Assembly: GCA_019058365.1 (NCBI GenBank)
Contig: JAHPZE010000001.1
Location: 128,001 to 192,000 of the forward strand
From: Promethearchaeota archaeon
Lineage (GTDB): Archaea > Asgardarchaeota > Lokiarchaeia > Sigyniarchaeales > SOKP01
Direction: 5' to 3'
DNA length: 64,000 nucleotides
Made by a program: the position numbers and the translations under genes. The first letter of the stretch is position 1, and each line of letters begins with the position of its first letter. Below the pieces are notes generated by a model. That model had not been told where the DNA came from. It ran no database searches and saw only the letters and a program-made list of their open reading frames with translations. Positions 48,382-57,805 of the stretch are shown in pieces.

Positions 48382-49308
48382 TTATGTCAACTTACTTTTA
48401 ATCTGTTTGGCTCGACTTCGCAAAGTTACCTCTGTAATCTTCGCAATCTCAGCCACACGGGACTGAGTTTTGCGAATACATCCGTTTTTCGCAGCAATGT
48501 AAATACATGCTGCAGCTAATCCTTTTGGGTCTTTTCCCGTTCTTTTAAGACCATTTTTTGAAGCATCTTTCAACATATTAATTGCATTTTTTTGTATTTT
48601 TATTGGTAGATCTAGTTCATTACCAAATCGAAATACCAAACTCTCAGCAGTTATGGGCTGATACCTTAAATTAAGCTCAGGTAATACCTCACGGATAATC
48701 ATAGCTAAACTTCTATGAACTGTACGCCTTGGTGTTAATGATGCTTCGCATATCTCATCTAATAATCGTGGAAAATCATGAACACGTATAGCAGCATATA
48801 AGGAACCTGAAATAAACCCATTAATTGATCTACCCATAGTTAATTTCTTTTTTGCCACAATACTATATATTTTCCACGCTGTTTCAGCAATGTATTCTGG
48901 TATATTTAATTTAGAAGTCAACATTTTTAATTTCGGTTTTGCTTCCCAAAAATTCCTCTCAATACTAGAGATTAAAGAATTTTGAATTTTTGAGAGTCGA
49001 GAGAAGAGAGCTTGCTCCTTGGCACCAATAGATTTACCTTTACTGTCAGTTTTCGTATTTGGTAACATAGTACGTGGTCCAAAATCTCTCCATCGAGGTT
49101 CTGTTCTACGACGATTTTGAATCTCTTCAATTGTATAAGCTCTCCTTTCATTTCCAACAAATGTTCGTTCAAAAATAATGCCACAATTTAAGCAAACTTT
49201 ATTCCCATCTCGAGATTCAATAATAGGATTTTCACAACATATTGATTGGGGTAATTGATCTTCATCGATTTTATTATTAAAAATTCGGTCACGATACTGC
49301 TCATTCAT
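48382..49308 (-). CDS. tfb: Transcription initiation factor IIB
   Basis: VCLNCG, ERRAY, GRSI....GSLYAAIR, PRLLDEI, GKDPKGLAAACIY, TQ..VA....ITEVTLR. Confidence 0.93.
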   Translation of the reverse strand: MNEQYRDRIFNNKIDEDQLPQSICCENPIIESRDGNKVCLNCGIIFERTFVGNERRAYTIEEIQNRRRTEPRWRDFGPRTMLPNTKTDSKGKSIGAKEQALFSRLSKIQNSLISSIERNFWEAKPKLKMLTSKLNIPEYIAETAWKIYSIVAKKKLTMGRSINGFISGSLYAAIRVHDFPRLLDEICEASLTPRRTVHRSLAMIIREVLPELNLRYQPITAESLVFRFGNELDLPIKIQKNAINMLKDASKNGLKRTGKDPKGLAAACIYIAAKNGCIRKTQSRVAEIAKITEVTLRSRAKQIKSKLT

Positions 49309-49543
49309 GATGATTCACAATAAAATAAATTGTTAAAAAAGCGCTAATTACTTCATATCACGGCTATTAAATTATTAATAGTAGGTGATATGCTTATTGA
49401 TCAAAGTTACATATTTAAACATTTTGAAAAAAAGTTGTTGAAGACAATTTTTTCTGAATTTTTTTTTACCAAATTAAAAAAGGATGGGTAAATTTTCCCA
49501 ATTTTTAAAAAACTAAGTGAACACATTTAACTAAATATTGAAT

Positions 49544-49819
49544 TTATTGTCTTCTAACATATTTTATAAGTTTTAAAAGTAAGATTGTTCCAATTATAGC
49601 CATTGTGAATAAAATCAATGTACTGTATGGTGTAAATGAGCAATGTGCGTAGTATCCTAGATAACATGGTTTACTCGCATTATCCGGAATTAGAGTCATA
49701 ATCCCTGAAACTATTCCACCTATTATTAATGCTCCTACGAAAATTGTATATAATAAAATTAGGATTGATTTTATTATCTTTCTCGATATGTTTTTTACTG
49801 AGTTTTTATTTATTTCCAT
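49544..49819 (-). CDS. Small two-TM protein with CYLGYYAHC loop
   Basis: Two TM helices flanking ASKPCYLGYYAHCSFTPYST; GAGGTG-type RBS upstream. Confidence 0.7.
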   Translation of the reverse strand: MEINKNSVKNISRKIIKSILILLYTIFVGALIIGGIVSGIMTLIPDNASKPCYLGYYAHCSFTPYSTLILFTMAIIGTILLLKLIKYVRRQ

Positions 49820-50101
49820 TAATTTTCACCTCATATAGTTTTGAGTTAAGATAATAGACTCCATTCTCCTCATATATTTCCATGTAAACTGAAACCTGTA
49901 TAAAACAATCATAATAAATTATGGAAAGTATTGGATTTTCAATTAAAATATAAAAAAATTATGGATTTAATAATTCATTTATCAACCAAATAGTTGAAAA
50001 TTTAACTATATTTGATACTGAAATAGGTTGACTCATTAGCTCTTATCTGAACTTAGAATTATATCTAGAAGGATTCTATACATAAATTAAAAAACAATGA
50101 G

Positions 50102-50299
50102 GTGATAATAATTAATTTTAATTACCCATGCCCTAAAACAGGATGTTCAAATCATGGAAATTGCGAGGAATGTGAAAAATATCATTCTACTTTAAATAGT
50201 TTGCCCTTTTGCAAACGTGAACATGGCTTTTTCACAAAAGTCTTTTATCGTAAAAATTATCAAATGTTTCAAACGTTAAAAAAGGAGGGAAAAGTATGA
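50102..50299 (+). CDS. Small Cys/His-rich putative metal-binding protein
   Basis: PCPKTGCSNHGNCEECEKYH....LPFC; 4-nt overlap with next gene. Confidence 0.6.
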   Translation: MIIINFNYPCPKTGCSNHGNCEECEKYHSTLNSLPFCKREHGFFTKVFYRKNYQMFQTLKKEGKV

Positions 50300-51138
50300 A
50301 AAAAGCTATTATACTCTATGATTCTGTATATGGAAATACTAAAAAAGTTGCAATGTCATTGAGCCGTGGATTAGAAGCAGGAGGACTTTATGTAGATAGT
50401 AGTTCTATTCAAAATTTTGATATAGTAAAATTAGAAAACTATGATATTATTGGAATTGGTGGTCCAACACATTTTCACGGAGCTTCGAAACAAATGAAAT
50501 TATTCTTAAACAGGATTAGACATGTCAAAATAGGGAATAAATATGGGTTTGCTTTTGAGACAAAAACAGATTTTAGATTAGCAGGATCTGCTGCCAAACG
50601 GATTATGAGATATTTAAAAAAGATGAAGTTAAAAATTATCCATTCCATCATAACTGGAATAGTTTTCGATAAAGAAGGTCCCTTACAAGAATCTACTTCA
50701 GATATGATGGAGCAAGTTGGATTAAATATCTCAGACAAAATAAATAATAGCAATACTCAAAAAGACATTAATCAAAAGATTAAAAATCTTAAAAATTCAA
50801 ATATTAATTTGTATTTAAATCGATTAAAATGGGTCCTTTTAGGAGGAGGTCCAATTTTTTTCTTTGTTCGAGCATTCTACCTTGCAAGTACAGGTGGGGA
50901 TTGTTTTGGTACAATAAATCCGATTTTCTCTTGGTTTCTTCTCTCATCAGAAATTAGTTTATCAGGAATGGTGGGGGTTGCAGGGATATCAGGTTTAATA
51001 CTATGGAAAAGAAAGGCAAATCAGATGGAGACGTTAAAAAAATTAAATTTACGAAAGATTGTCTTGTTTGGGGGTAGTACTACATATATGGTACATTTTA
51101 TAAGGGTTGTTATTTGGATAATGCTATGTGTAATATAA
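50296..51138 (+). CDS. Flavodoxin-domain protein with C-terminal three-TM region
   Basis: YDSVYGNTKKVA, IGIGGPTH, AFET...GSAA; hydrophobic C-terminal about 100 aa. Confidence 0.8.
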   Translation: MKKAIILYDSVYGNTKKVAMSLSRGLEAGGLYVDSSSIQNFDIVKLENYDIIGIGGPTHFHGASKQMKLFLNRIRHVKIGNKYGFAFETKTDFRLAGSAAKRIMRYLKKMKLKIIHSIITGIVFDKEGPLQESTSDMMEQVGLNISDKINNSNTQKDINQKIKNLKNSNINLYLNRLKWVLLGGGPIFFFVRAFYLASTGGDCFGTINPIFSWFLLSSEISLSGMVGVAGISGLILWKRKANQMETLKKLNLRKIVLFGGSTTYMVHFIRVVIWIMLCVI

Positions 51139-51171
51139 GCTGGTAACTTTAAAATTAAATTAATATTTTTT

Positions 51172-52083
51172 TTATTTATATAAAATTTTTTCTTTCCAAG
51201 TATCGAAATAATATACTTTATACATAATATCAAAAATGAGTGAATCAATATTTTCTTTTTTTATATTCTCAACTAGTTCAGTAAGTTCTTTCATAGTATC
51301 CGCCCAAACCCAGCATAAAATTACATTGGGGAGATTACTAAAGGTCCAGCAATAAAAGAGGTTTGGATGATATTTTTCATTTAACAATTGAGCAGCTTCG
51401 TTTTTATCAACCGAAGGTTTTACAATTATCTGGAAGGTGGCAAAAATATCATTTGAAGCTTCGGGATTGAAATCAATAGATAGTTCAATTATACCTTCCT
51501 TAATCATTCTGGTTAAACGTCGACGAATAGTATTTGAGGTGCTATTAACTTCATCTGCAACTTCTGATATAGGTTTTCTTGAATCGTTATGGAGTGATCG
51601 AATAATCTCTAAATCAAGTTTATCATAATTCATTGCTCTTGATTTTGGAACTATGTATGGGATTGGTGCGATATATTGTACTCCTGAAAGTAATCCTATT
51701 TTTGGAGATTGAATTTTAGCAGCTTTGGAGATAAAGGAAGAATACTCATCTAATTGATGAATATTTTCTAACATTGCTCCTATATACATATAATTTCTAC
51801 TTGACAATGCAATCTGCCAAGTATTATCATTGTTTTTTAATTCAGTTATTGCTTTATCCATATCTTGAGTTTCACTTTGTCCAAAAATGAAAGTATAAAT
51901 AGCATTTATAGCATATGGTTTCAATCTTGCTGCGAATCTTTCTATAATTCTTAGATCTACGAGTGTTTGTACTCTTTTATATACCGCATTAATAGACACC
52001 CCTAGATAGTCTGAAATTTCTCTATATGTTAATCTTGAATTATTCATTAAAAGAAGAATAATTTTGAGATCGAGCTCATCCAT
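51172..52083 (-). CDS. Tandem Lrp/AsnC-type winged-HTH transcriptional regulator
   Basis: Two repeats: MDELDLKII..L..NSR.TYREI and DKLDLEII..L..DSRKPISEVA. Confidence 0.88.
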   Translation of the reverse strand: MDELDLKIILLLMNNSRLTYREISDYLGVSINAVYKRVQTLVDLRIIERFAARLKPYAINAIYTFIFGQSETQDMDKAITELKNNDNTWQIALSSRNYMYIGAMLENIHQLDEYSSFISKAAKIQSPKIGLLSGVQYIAPIPYIVPKSRAMNYDKLDLEIIRSLHNDSRKPISEVADEVNSTSNTIRRRLTRMIKEGIIELSIDFNPEASNDIFATFQIIVKPSVDKNEAAQLLNEKYHPNLFYCWTFSNLPNVILCWVWADTMKELTELVENIKKENIDSLIFDIMYKVYYFDTWKEKILYK

Positions 52084-52177
52084 ATGCTATATATATTTAG
52101 AAGAAATTTAATTTTTTTAGATATTTCTATTCCGTAAACATTTTAAACCTTAAGAATTTGATATTTTTTATAAAATA

Positions 52178-52420
52178 TTATTTTTTATAAGTTCCGAATT
52201 GAGGAAAGTTCTTTAATTGCTTGGAAGTGAACACTGGGTCATCTTTACAGACAGTAATGTTGATATTACCGCCAATAGAACATGACCCACATAATCACAC
52301 TCCACATTTCATTTTTCGTTCTAAACTTGCTTGAAGTTCAATTCTTCTTGAATTAGCTATTTCTAGAACTCGTTTCATCATCATTTCGGGACCACAGGTA
52401 ATAATAAGGTCACAATGGAA
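52178..52420 (-). pseudogene. 3' remnant of dihydroorotate dehydrogenase electron-transfer subunit (PyrK-like)
   Basis: Translates to ...TCGPEMMMK...QASLERKMKCGV*LCGSC...VCKDDPVF...*, with an internal TGA at 52297-52295 in place of a conserved Gly; 5' part absent. Confidence 0.85.
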
Positions 52421-52497
52421 TTGAAGCTACTGTGAAAGATGGATTATTTCTTTGCACAGGTTGTGAAAATTGTTATTATTGGTGCCCATTTCATTAA
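52414..52497 (+). pseudogene. 3' remnant of a 4Fe-4S ferredoxin-type gene
   Basis: Reads NGIEATVKDGLFLCTGCENCYYWCPFH* (CxxCxxCxxxCP), followed by I*VK; no convincing start. Confidence 0.65.
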
Positions 52498-52661
52498 ATT
52501 TAGGTGAAATTATTAAGGCTTTAAAAAAGGAAGCTACAAAAAAGGATTGTCTCCTCCTCCTTTAAAGGAATATCAGGATAAAATCTTAAAGGAAAAAAAT
52601 CCTTTTAAATAATTCAAAATAAGAGAAAAAATAAAATATTTTCAGTTATTATAGTTAAACT

Positions 52662-54392
52662 ATGAAAATCGTAAGAATAAACGTAGAGAAGGAAGATATT
52701 CGATTTGACGAAATAGCTTCAGATTCAAAATATTTCCTGCGTGGTGCTAGAGGACTAAGTTCTCAAATTATTCATGATGAAGTCCCTCCATTATGTAATC
52801 CTTTAGGAAAACAAAATAAATTAGTTATTGCCAATGGTCTTCTTGGTGGTAGTCCATTTCCTTGTTCTGCCCGTACATCAATAGGAGCAAAAAGTCCCTT
52901 GACTAATGGGATAAAAGAGGCTAATGTGGGTGGTAGACCTGCTATGATGCTAGCCAGGCATGGTATAAGAGCATTAGTTTTAGAAGATATATCACCAATA
53001 TTAAAACTTATTCTAATTGATCAAGATGATATCAAGATTTTACCAGCAGAACGATATAAAGGTTTAGGTAATTATAATCTTCATTCGAAATTAAAACAAA
53101 AATATGGAGAAAATATCGGTATTTACTCGATTGGTCCTGCGGGTGAATATATAATGAACTCAGCAACTGTAGGGGCAAATGATTTAGAAGGTTATCCAAG
53201 TAGACATGCGGCCAGAGGCGGATTAGGAGCTATAATGGGTTCTAAAGGAATTAAAGCAATAGTGATAATTCCTTCAAAAAAATCTAAAGCAATTATGCAT
53301 GATATTAAAAAATTTAGAGAAGTATCGAGACCTTTTGCGAAAAAATTGGCCCAAACTAGAGAGAAATTCTCGATATTCGGTACAGCTATGATGATGGCGG
53401 CTATGAGCGGATATGGAGGTATCCCAACAAAAAATTTTCATATGGGTTCTTATGATAAAATTGATAATATTTCAGGAGAAAAACTTCATGAGCTTGTTAC
53501 TGCGAGAGGTGGTAAAAAAAGATTAGCTTGCTCTCCAACCTGTGTAATAAAATGTTCAAATTTGGTGGTTGATGAATCGGGGAATCATATTACATCAAGT
53601 CTAGAATATGAAACAATGGCTTTAAATGGCAGTAACTTGATGATTGATGATTTAGATAGTTTAGCTAAAATTGATCATCTTTGTGATGATTTAGGGCTCG
53701 ATACAATTGAGTTTGGTGGAACAGTAGGAGTTGCGATGGATTGTGGAAAGGTAGAATGGGGTGATGCTAATAAAGTGTTTGAAATTCTAGATCATGAAAT
53801 AAGAGATAACACAGAAGATGGGCAATTATATGGTAATGGAGTCAAAAAGATAGGAGAGAGATTTAATGCGAAACGAGTTCCCCACGTAAAAGGGCAAGGA
53901 ATTTCGGCTTATGATAGCAGAGTCTTTAAAGCAATGGGAGTAACTTATGCAACTTCACCTATGGGGGCAGACCATACTTCAGGCGCTGCAATTGCTGGAA
54001 GAGTGCCAAGTCAGCATAAAGACTATGGAGAATTGACGAAAAATGAAAATAAACTTGATTTATCTTTCGAATTACAGATTTATACAGCAATAATGGATTC
54101 AATGGGATGTTGCTATTTTATAGGTCCAAGCTATGAAAACATGGAAATATTAGCAAATGCGATTAATGCTATGTATGATTTAACTCTAACAAGAGAGGAT
54201 ATAATTAATATTGGGATTGATATCATAAGAATGGAACTTCAATTTAATGAGAAAGCAGGAATTACTCAAGAAATGAATGATGTTCCAGAATTTTTCAGAA
54301 ATGAACCTTCAGAACCTTTAGGTTTAAAATATACTTTTGAAAAAGTGGAATTAAAAAATTTTTGGAAAAAATTAGATGAGCATAAATTTTAG
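52662..54392 (+). CDS. Aldehyde:ferredoxin oxidoreductase family (W/Mo-pterin)
   Basis: KSPLTNGIKEANVGG, SIGPAGE, ARGGLGAIMGSKGIKA, EYET, CDDLGLDTI, YATSPMGADH. Confidence 0.92.
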   Translation: MKIVRINVEKEDIRFDEIASDSKYFLRGARGLSSQIIHDEVPPLCNPLGKQNKLVIANGLLGGSPFPCSARTSIGAKSPLTNGIKEANVGGRPAMMLARHGIRALVLEDISPILKLILIDQDDIKILPAERYKGLGNYNLHSKLKQKYGENIGIYSIGPAGEYIMNSATVGANDLEGYPSRHAARGGLGAIMGSKGIKAIVIIPSKKSKAIMHDIKKFREVSRPFAKKLAQTREKFSIFGTAMMMAAMSGYGGIPTKNFHMGSYDKIDNISGEKLHELVTARGGKKRLACSPTCVIKCSNLVVDESGNHITSSLEYETMALNGSNLMIDDLDSLAKIDHLCDDLGLDTIEFGGTVGVAMDCGKVEWGDANKVFEILDHEIRDNTEDGQLYGNGVKKIGERFNAKRVPHVKGQGISAYDSRVFKAMGVTYATSPMGADHTSGAAIAGRVPSQHKDYGELTKNENKLDLSFELQIYTAIMDSMGCCYFIGPSYENMEILANAINAMYDLTLTREDIINIGIDIIRMELQFNEKAGITQEMNDVPEFFRNEPSEPLGLKYTFEKVELKNFWKKLDEHKF

Positions 54393-54447
54393 TTTCTTTT
54401 CTTAAACATTATAAAAAAAATAAATTGAAAAAAAAAATTATTTTTTT

Positions 54448-54654
54448 TTATAGGGCTCTTGAAACCGTATTTAATGCATATCCAACTGAAAAAATTAATA
54501 TCCAAGGTATAAAATCAGTGAAAAGATCCTCGAAGAGTATGGATCTAACTGGTAAGAAGATTATTTCATAAGCAATTATAAAACCACCACATATCATAAA
54601 CATTAGTCCTAAAAATTTTATTGCGCTTTTTACTAATTGTTGGTCAATTTCCAA
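54448..54654 (-). CDS. Small two-TM membrane protein
   Basis: Two hydrophobic segments; GGAGGTG RBS upstream of the TTG start. Confidence 0.6.
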   Translation of the reverse strand: MEIDQQLVKSAIKFLGLMFMICGGFIIAYEIIFLPVRSILFEDLFTDFIPWILIFSVGYALNTVSRAL

Positions 54655-54930
54655 AATTTCAACACCTCCTTAAATGAGAAAATTGCTAAAGATAATACTA
54701 GATTTAAACTTTATAAAAAAAATGTAGTCCATTTTTTATAGAGTATTTAATATTATTTTTATCATATTTTGGGAGGCTATCTATAGCAATTATGTTTCTT
54801 AAAATTTATAGAATCTGAAAATATGTAGTTTTTCAATTTAGATAAAATTGGGATAATTGAATAAAATTATTCAATAAAAAAGAAATTATAATATATAATA
54901 GATATTTATCAAAATACAATTATTGGTTAG

Positions 54931-55806
54931 GTGTATTTATTGAGAATTGGGGCACACATGAGTGTTTCTGGCGGTAAACATATGGCTTTTGAAATGGGTA
55001 AAGAATTAGGATGCGAAGCAATTCAAGTTTTTGTTAGAAATGTGCGCGGTTGGACGTCTGGACCTCTTAAAAAAAAGGAAATTGATGATTTTTTAGAGAA
55101 AAAAGAGGAATTTAAAAATGAAATTTGGCCAATAATTTCTCATAATAGTTACTTGGTAAATTTAGCAAGTTTAAACAAGGAAAAATTAGAAAAATCATAT
55201 AATGCTATGATTGATGAGCTTACCAAGGTTGATCAATTATCAATAGATTATGAAAATATGCATCCCGGAGTTATTCCTATAGAGGATAAAGATAAAATTA
55301 GTAAAAAAGAAGCATTAATTCAAATTGCTGATCATTTAAATAAATTAATAGATGCAACAAAATCTTCGAAAGTCATTATATTACTTGAAACTACAGCAGG
55401 CCAAGGTAAAGGATTAGGCAATAAGTTTCACCATTTTAAAGAATTAATCAATAAAATGCAAGATAAAAATAGAATAGGTATCTGTTTTGACACAGCTCAT
55501 TCCTTTGCTGCGGGATATGATTTTACCACTAAAAAGAAATATGATGAAATGTGGAATGAATTCGATGATGTCATTGGTTTAAAGTATCTCTTTGCATTCC
55601 ATTTAAATGATACAGATAAGGAATGTGGTTCGAGAGTGGATAGACATACTCATATTGGTCAAGGTAAAATAGGGAAAGAACCTTTTAGGTTTTTTATTAA
55701 TGATGAAAGATTTAAAGATATGCCAGGAATATTAGAAACCCCAAAAAGTGATAATTTAAAAGAAGATGTAATGAATTTAAAAACTCTTAAATCTTTAAGA
55801 AAATAA
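54931..55806 (+). CDS. nfo: Endonuclease IV (AP endonuclease)
   Basis: IGAHMS, HNSYLVNL, HPG, LLETTAGQG, CFDTAH, HLND, DRH.HIG.G.IG, ILETP. Confidence 0.95.
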   Translation: MYLLRIGAHMSVSGGKHMAFEMGKELGCEAIQVFVRNVRGWTSGPLKKKEIDDFLEKKEEFKNEIWPIISHNSYLVNLASLNKEKLEKSYNAMIDELTKVDQLSIDYENMHPGVIPIEDKDKISKKEALIQIADHLNKLIDATKSSKVIILLETTAGQGKGLGNKFHHFKELINKMQDKNRIGICFDTAHSFAAGYDFTTKKKYDEMWNEFDDVIGLKYLFAFHLNDTDKECGSRVDRHTHIGQGKIGKEPFRFFINDERFKDMPGILETPKSDNLKEDVMNLKTLKSLRK

Positions 55807-55810
55807 GATA

Positions 55811-56206
55811 TTACTCCACTTCGAACCATACAGGATCTTTACTTGTCACCAAACCTCCATAGTTTATTGTTAATTCTTCGCCTTTCTGAATACTTCTTAT
55901 AGTTTTAAATTTAATTGTGTCATTTCTATAATTATACTCATATTTAACATTTGGACTATAAGAGTGATTTATAAATTGACAGATAGTCATAGCGAGGGCC
56001 ATTTTATTTTCTAATTTATATTTTGGATTTTTCCATTCAAAACAATAATTCGAGAGAAGAGTTTTATCAATTTGTTTATATTCGTTATTCGGAATTAAAA
56101 CCACATGTGCAACATCAATTATGCTACCTTTCAGAATATCTTTTTCGGCAAAAACTCCTTTTCCTTTTTTTGATGATATAAATTTTACTTTTAGAAGATC
56201 ATTCAT
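55811..56206 (-). CDS. SET-domain protein-lysine methyltransferase
   Basis: KGKGVFA, FINHSYSPN, GEELTINY. Confidence 0.9.
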   Translation of the reverse strand: MNDLLKVKFISSKKGKGVFAEKDILKGSIIDVAHVVLIPNNEYKQIDKTLLSNYCFEWKNPKYKLENKMALAMTICQFINHSYSPNVKYEYNYRNDTIKFKTIRSIQKGEELTINYGGLVTSKDPVWFEVE

Positions 56207-56306
56207 TACTCTCTCAATTTAAAATAAAATACAACTTCAATATTAAATAATGTGAAATGTGATATAGAAAGAAATTTCTTAAAAAATTCTTTAAGAAAGA
56301 ATTATA

Positions 56307-56711
56307 TTACTCAACTTCAAACCACATAGGACTTTTATCATCAACAAATGCATTATAATTTACTAAAATTTCTTCTCCTTTCGAAATATCTTTTATGGCA
56401 GAAAATTCAATTGCTTTACTTTCATAATCGTACAGATATTTTACATTTGGTTCAAATGAATGATTAATGAATTGGCTTACACTAAGAGTTATAGCGTTTC
56501 TAAATGCAGGCATATACTCCGGATCTTCCCAAATATAGCAATAATTATACAAAATTGTTTTATAAATTTTTTTATAATCTTTATTAGGAATAGGAACTAC
56601 GTAGGCAATGTCAATAATTGTCCCATTTTTAATCGGTTTTTTAGCAAAAGCCCCTCTACCTTTTTTTTCAGAAATATGTTTTACTTCAATATATTCATGC
56701 ATAAATATCAC
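56307..56711 (-). CDS. SET-domain protein-lysine methyltransferase (tandem paralogue)
   Basis: KGRGAFA, FINHSFEPN, GEEILVNY; same WFEVE C-terminus as its neighbour. Confidence 0.9.
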   Translation of the reverse strand: MIFMHEYIEVKHISEKKGRGAFAKKPIKNGTIIDIAYVVPIPNKDYKKIYKTILYNYCYIWEDPEYMPAFRNAITLSVSQFINHSFEPNVKYLYDYESKAIEFSAIKDISKGEEILVNYNAFVDDKSPMWFEVE

Positions 56712-56769
56712 TCAATAATTACCAATTATAATATTTATATGAATTAAAAGCTAGTAAAATTCAATACAT

Positions 56770-57198
56770 ATGATAGATAGAAATTATGTTCAAGTATTTA
56801 TATTTACAAGAAATCCATTATTTAAAGTCTTAATATTAAAAAGAACAGTAGAACGAGGAGGATTTTGGCAACCTTTATCTGGAGGCATTGAGAAAGGGGA
56901 AGATTATAATGATACGATAAAACGAGAAGTTTATGAAGAAACGGGAATAAAAGAGATAAAAAGAATAATTGATCTAAATTACAATTTTACTTACAAAACT
57001 AATAAGAATAAGAAATTAAAAAAAAAAATGAAAGACTTCTGTTTTGCTGTTGAAATTGACAAAGAAAAAGACATACAGTTAAGCTATGAACATGAAGAAT
57101 TTTTATGGTGTTCACAAAATGAAGTAAAGAATATATTAAAATGGAAATATAATCTCATTGCTTTTACTAAATTATTAAAAATACTGAATATTAAATAG
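56770..57198 (+). CDS. NUDIX hydrolase (NudB-like)
   Basis: FWQPLSGGIEKGE......REVYEETG, LSYEHEEFLW. Confidence 0.88.
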   Translation: MIDRNYVQVFIFTRNPLFKVLILKRTVERGGFWQPLSGGIEKGEDYNDTIKREVYEETGIKEIKRIIDLNYNFTYKTNKNKKLKKKMKDFCFAVEIDKEKDIQLSYEHEEFLWCSQNEVKNILKWKYNLIAFTKLLKILNIK

Positions 57199-57202
57199 TA
57201 GT

Positions 57203-57790
57203 TTATTCTACTGATGCATGCCTTTTGTCAATATCTTCTTCTGTGATATTTAATTTTACCATCAATATACTTCCTATTGAATCTAAAACTGCTAAAGCTG
57301 AAATATCAAATAAACTAGTGTAAGGTGCAAGAGTTTTATGAGTTAAAGCGACATCCTTACTTTTTCCTTTTATTTCAATTACATAATCAGATAGTCTACC
57401 TATTGTACTTTTAGGATTATTACTGAGAGAGACAATTTTTCCTCCAATTTCTTTTGCTTTTTTTGAAATTGCGACTGTGGAAGTAGTCTCTCCACTTCCA
57501 CTTACTATAATCAATAGATCTTTACTTGTATATTGATAAGTAACAGCATCCGATATAAAACATGATTTTATACCTAAATGCATTAATCTTTGAGCAAAAC
57601 ATCTTCCAATAAATCCTGATCGTCCAGCACCATAGATAAAAATTCTGTTCTTATTATTATAAATTTGTAAAATTGAATCAATTGTATTTAAAACATTGCG
57701 ACTTTTAATGGTTTCAGCATTAATTTTTATTTGACTTGCTAATTCTAGCATTGTATTATAAAATCTTTCTTGATTATTTTCAGAAGTCAT
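57203..57790 (-). CDS. hxlB: 6-phospho-3-hexuloisomerase (SIS domain)
   Basis: YGAGRSG, FAQRLMHLG, VSGSGET, C-terminal RHASVE. Confidence 0.85.
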   Translation of the reverse strand: MTSENNQERFYNTMLELASQIKINAETIKSRNVLNTIDSILQIYNNKNRIFIYGAGRSGFIGRCFAQRLMHLGIKSCFISDAVTYQYTSKDLLIIVSGSGETTSTVAISKKAKEIGGKIVSLSNNPKSTIGRLSDYVIEIKGKSKDVALTHKTLAPYTSLFDISALAVLDSIGSILMVKLNITEEDIDKRHASVE

Positions 57791-57805
57791 AGTTTTGATT
57801 TTTTT

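Noticed and set aside
52295-52297. In-frame TGA in a Cys-rich motif as possible selenocysteine
   Set aside because: The position corresponds to the conserved Gly of CGxGxCGxC (GGA to TGA), not a Cys, and the gene is also 5'-truncated.
13547-56711. HDAC, macrodomain, GNAT and SET genes as a single chromatin-modification system
   Set aside because: They are scattered over more than 40 kb, each family is common in prokaryotes, and no histone gene is linked.
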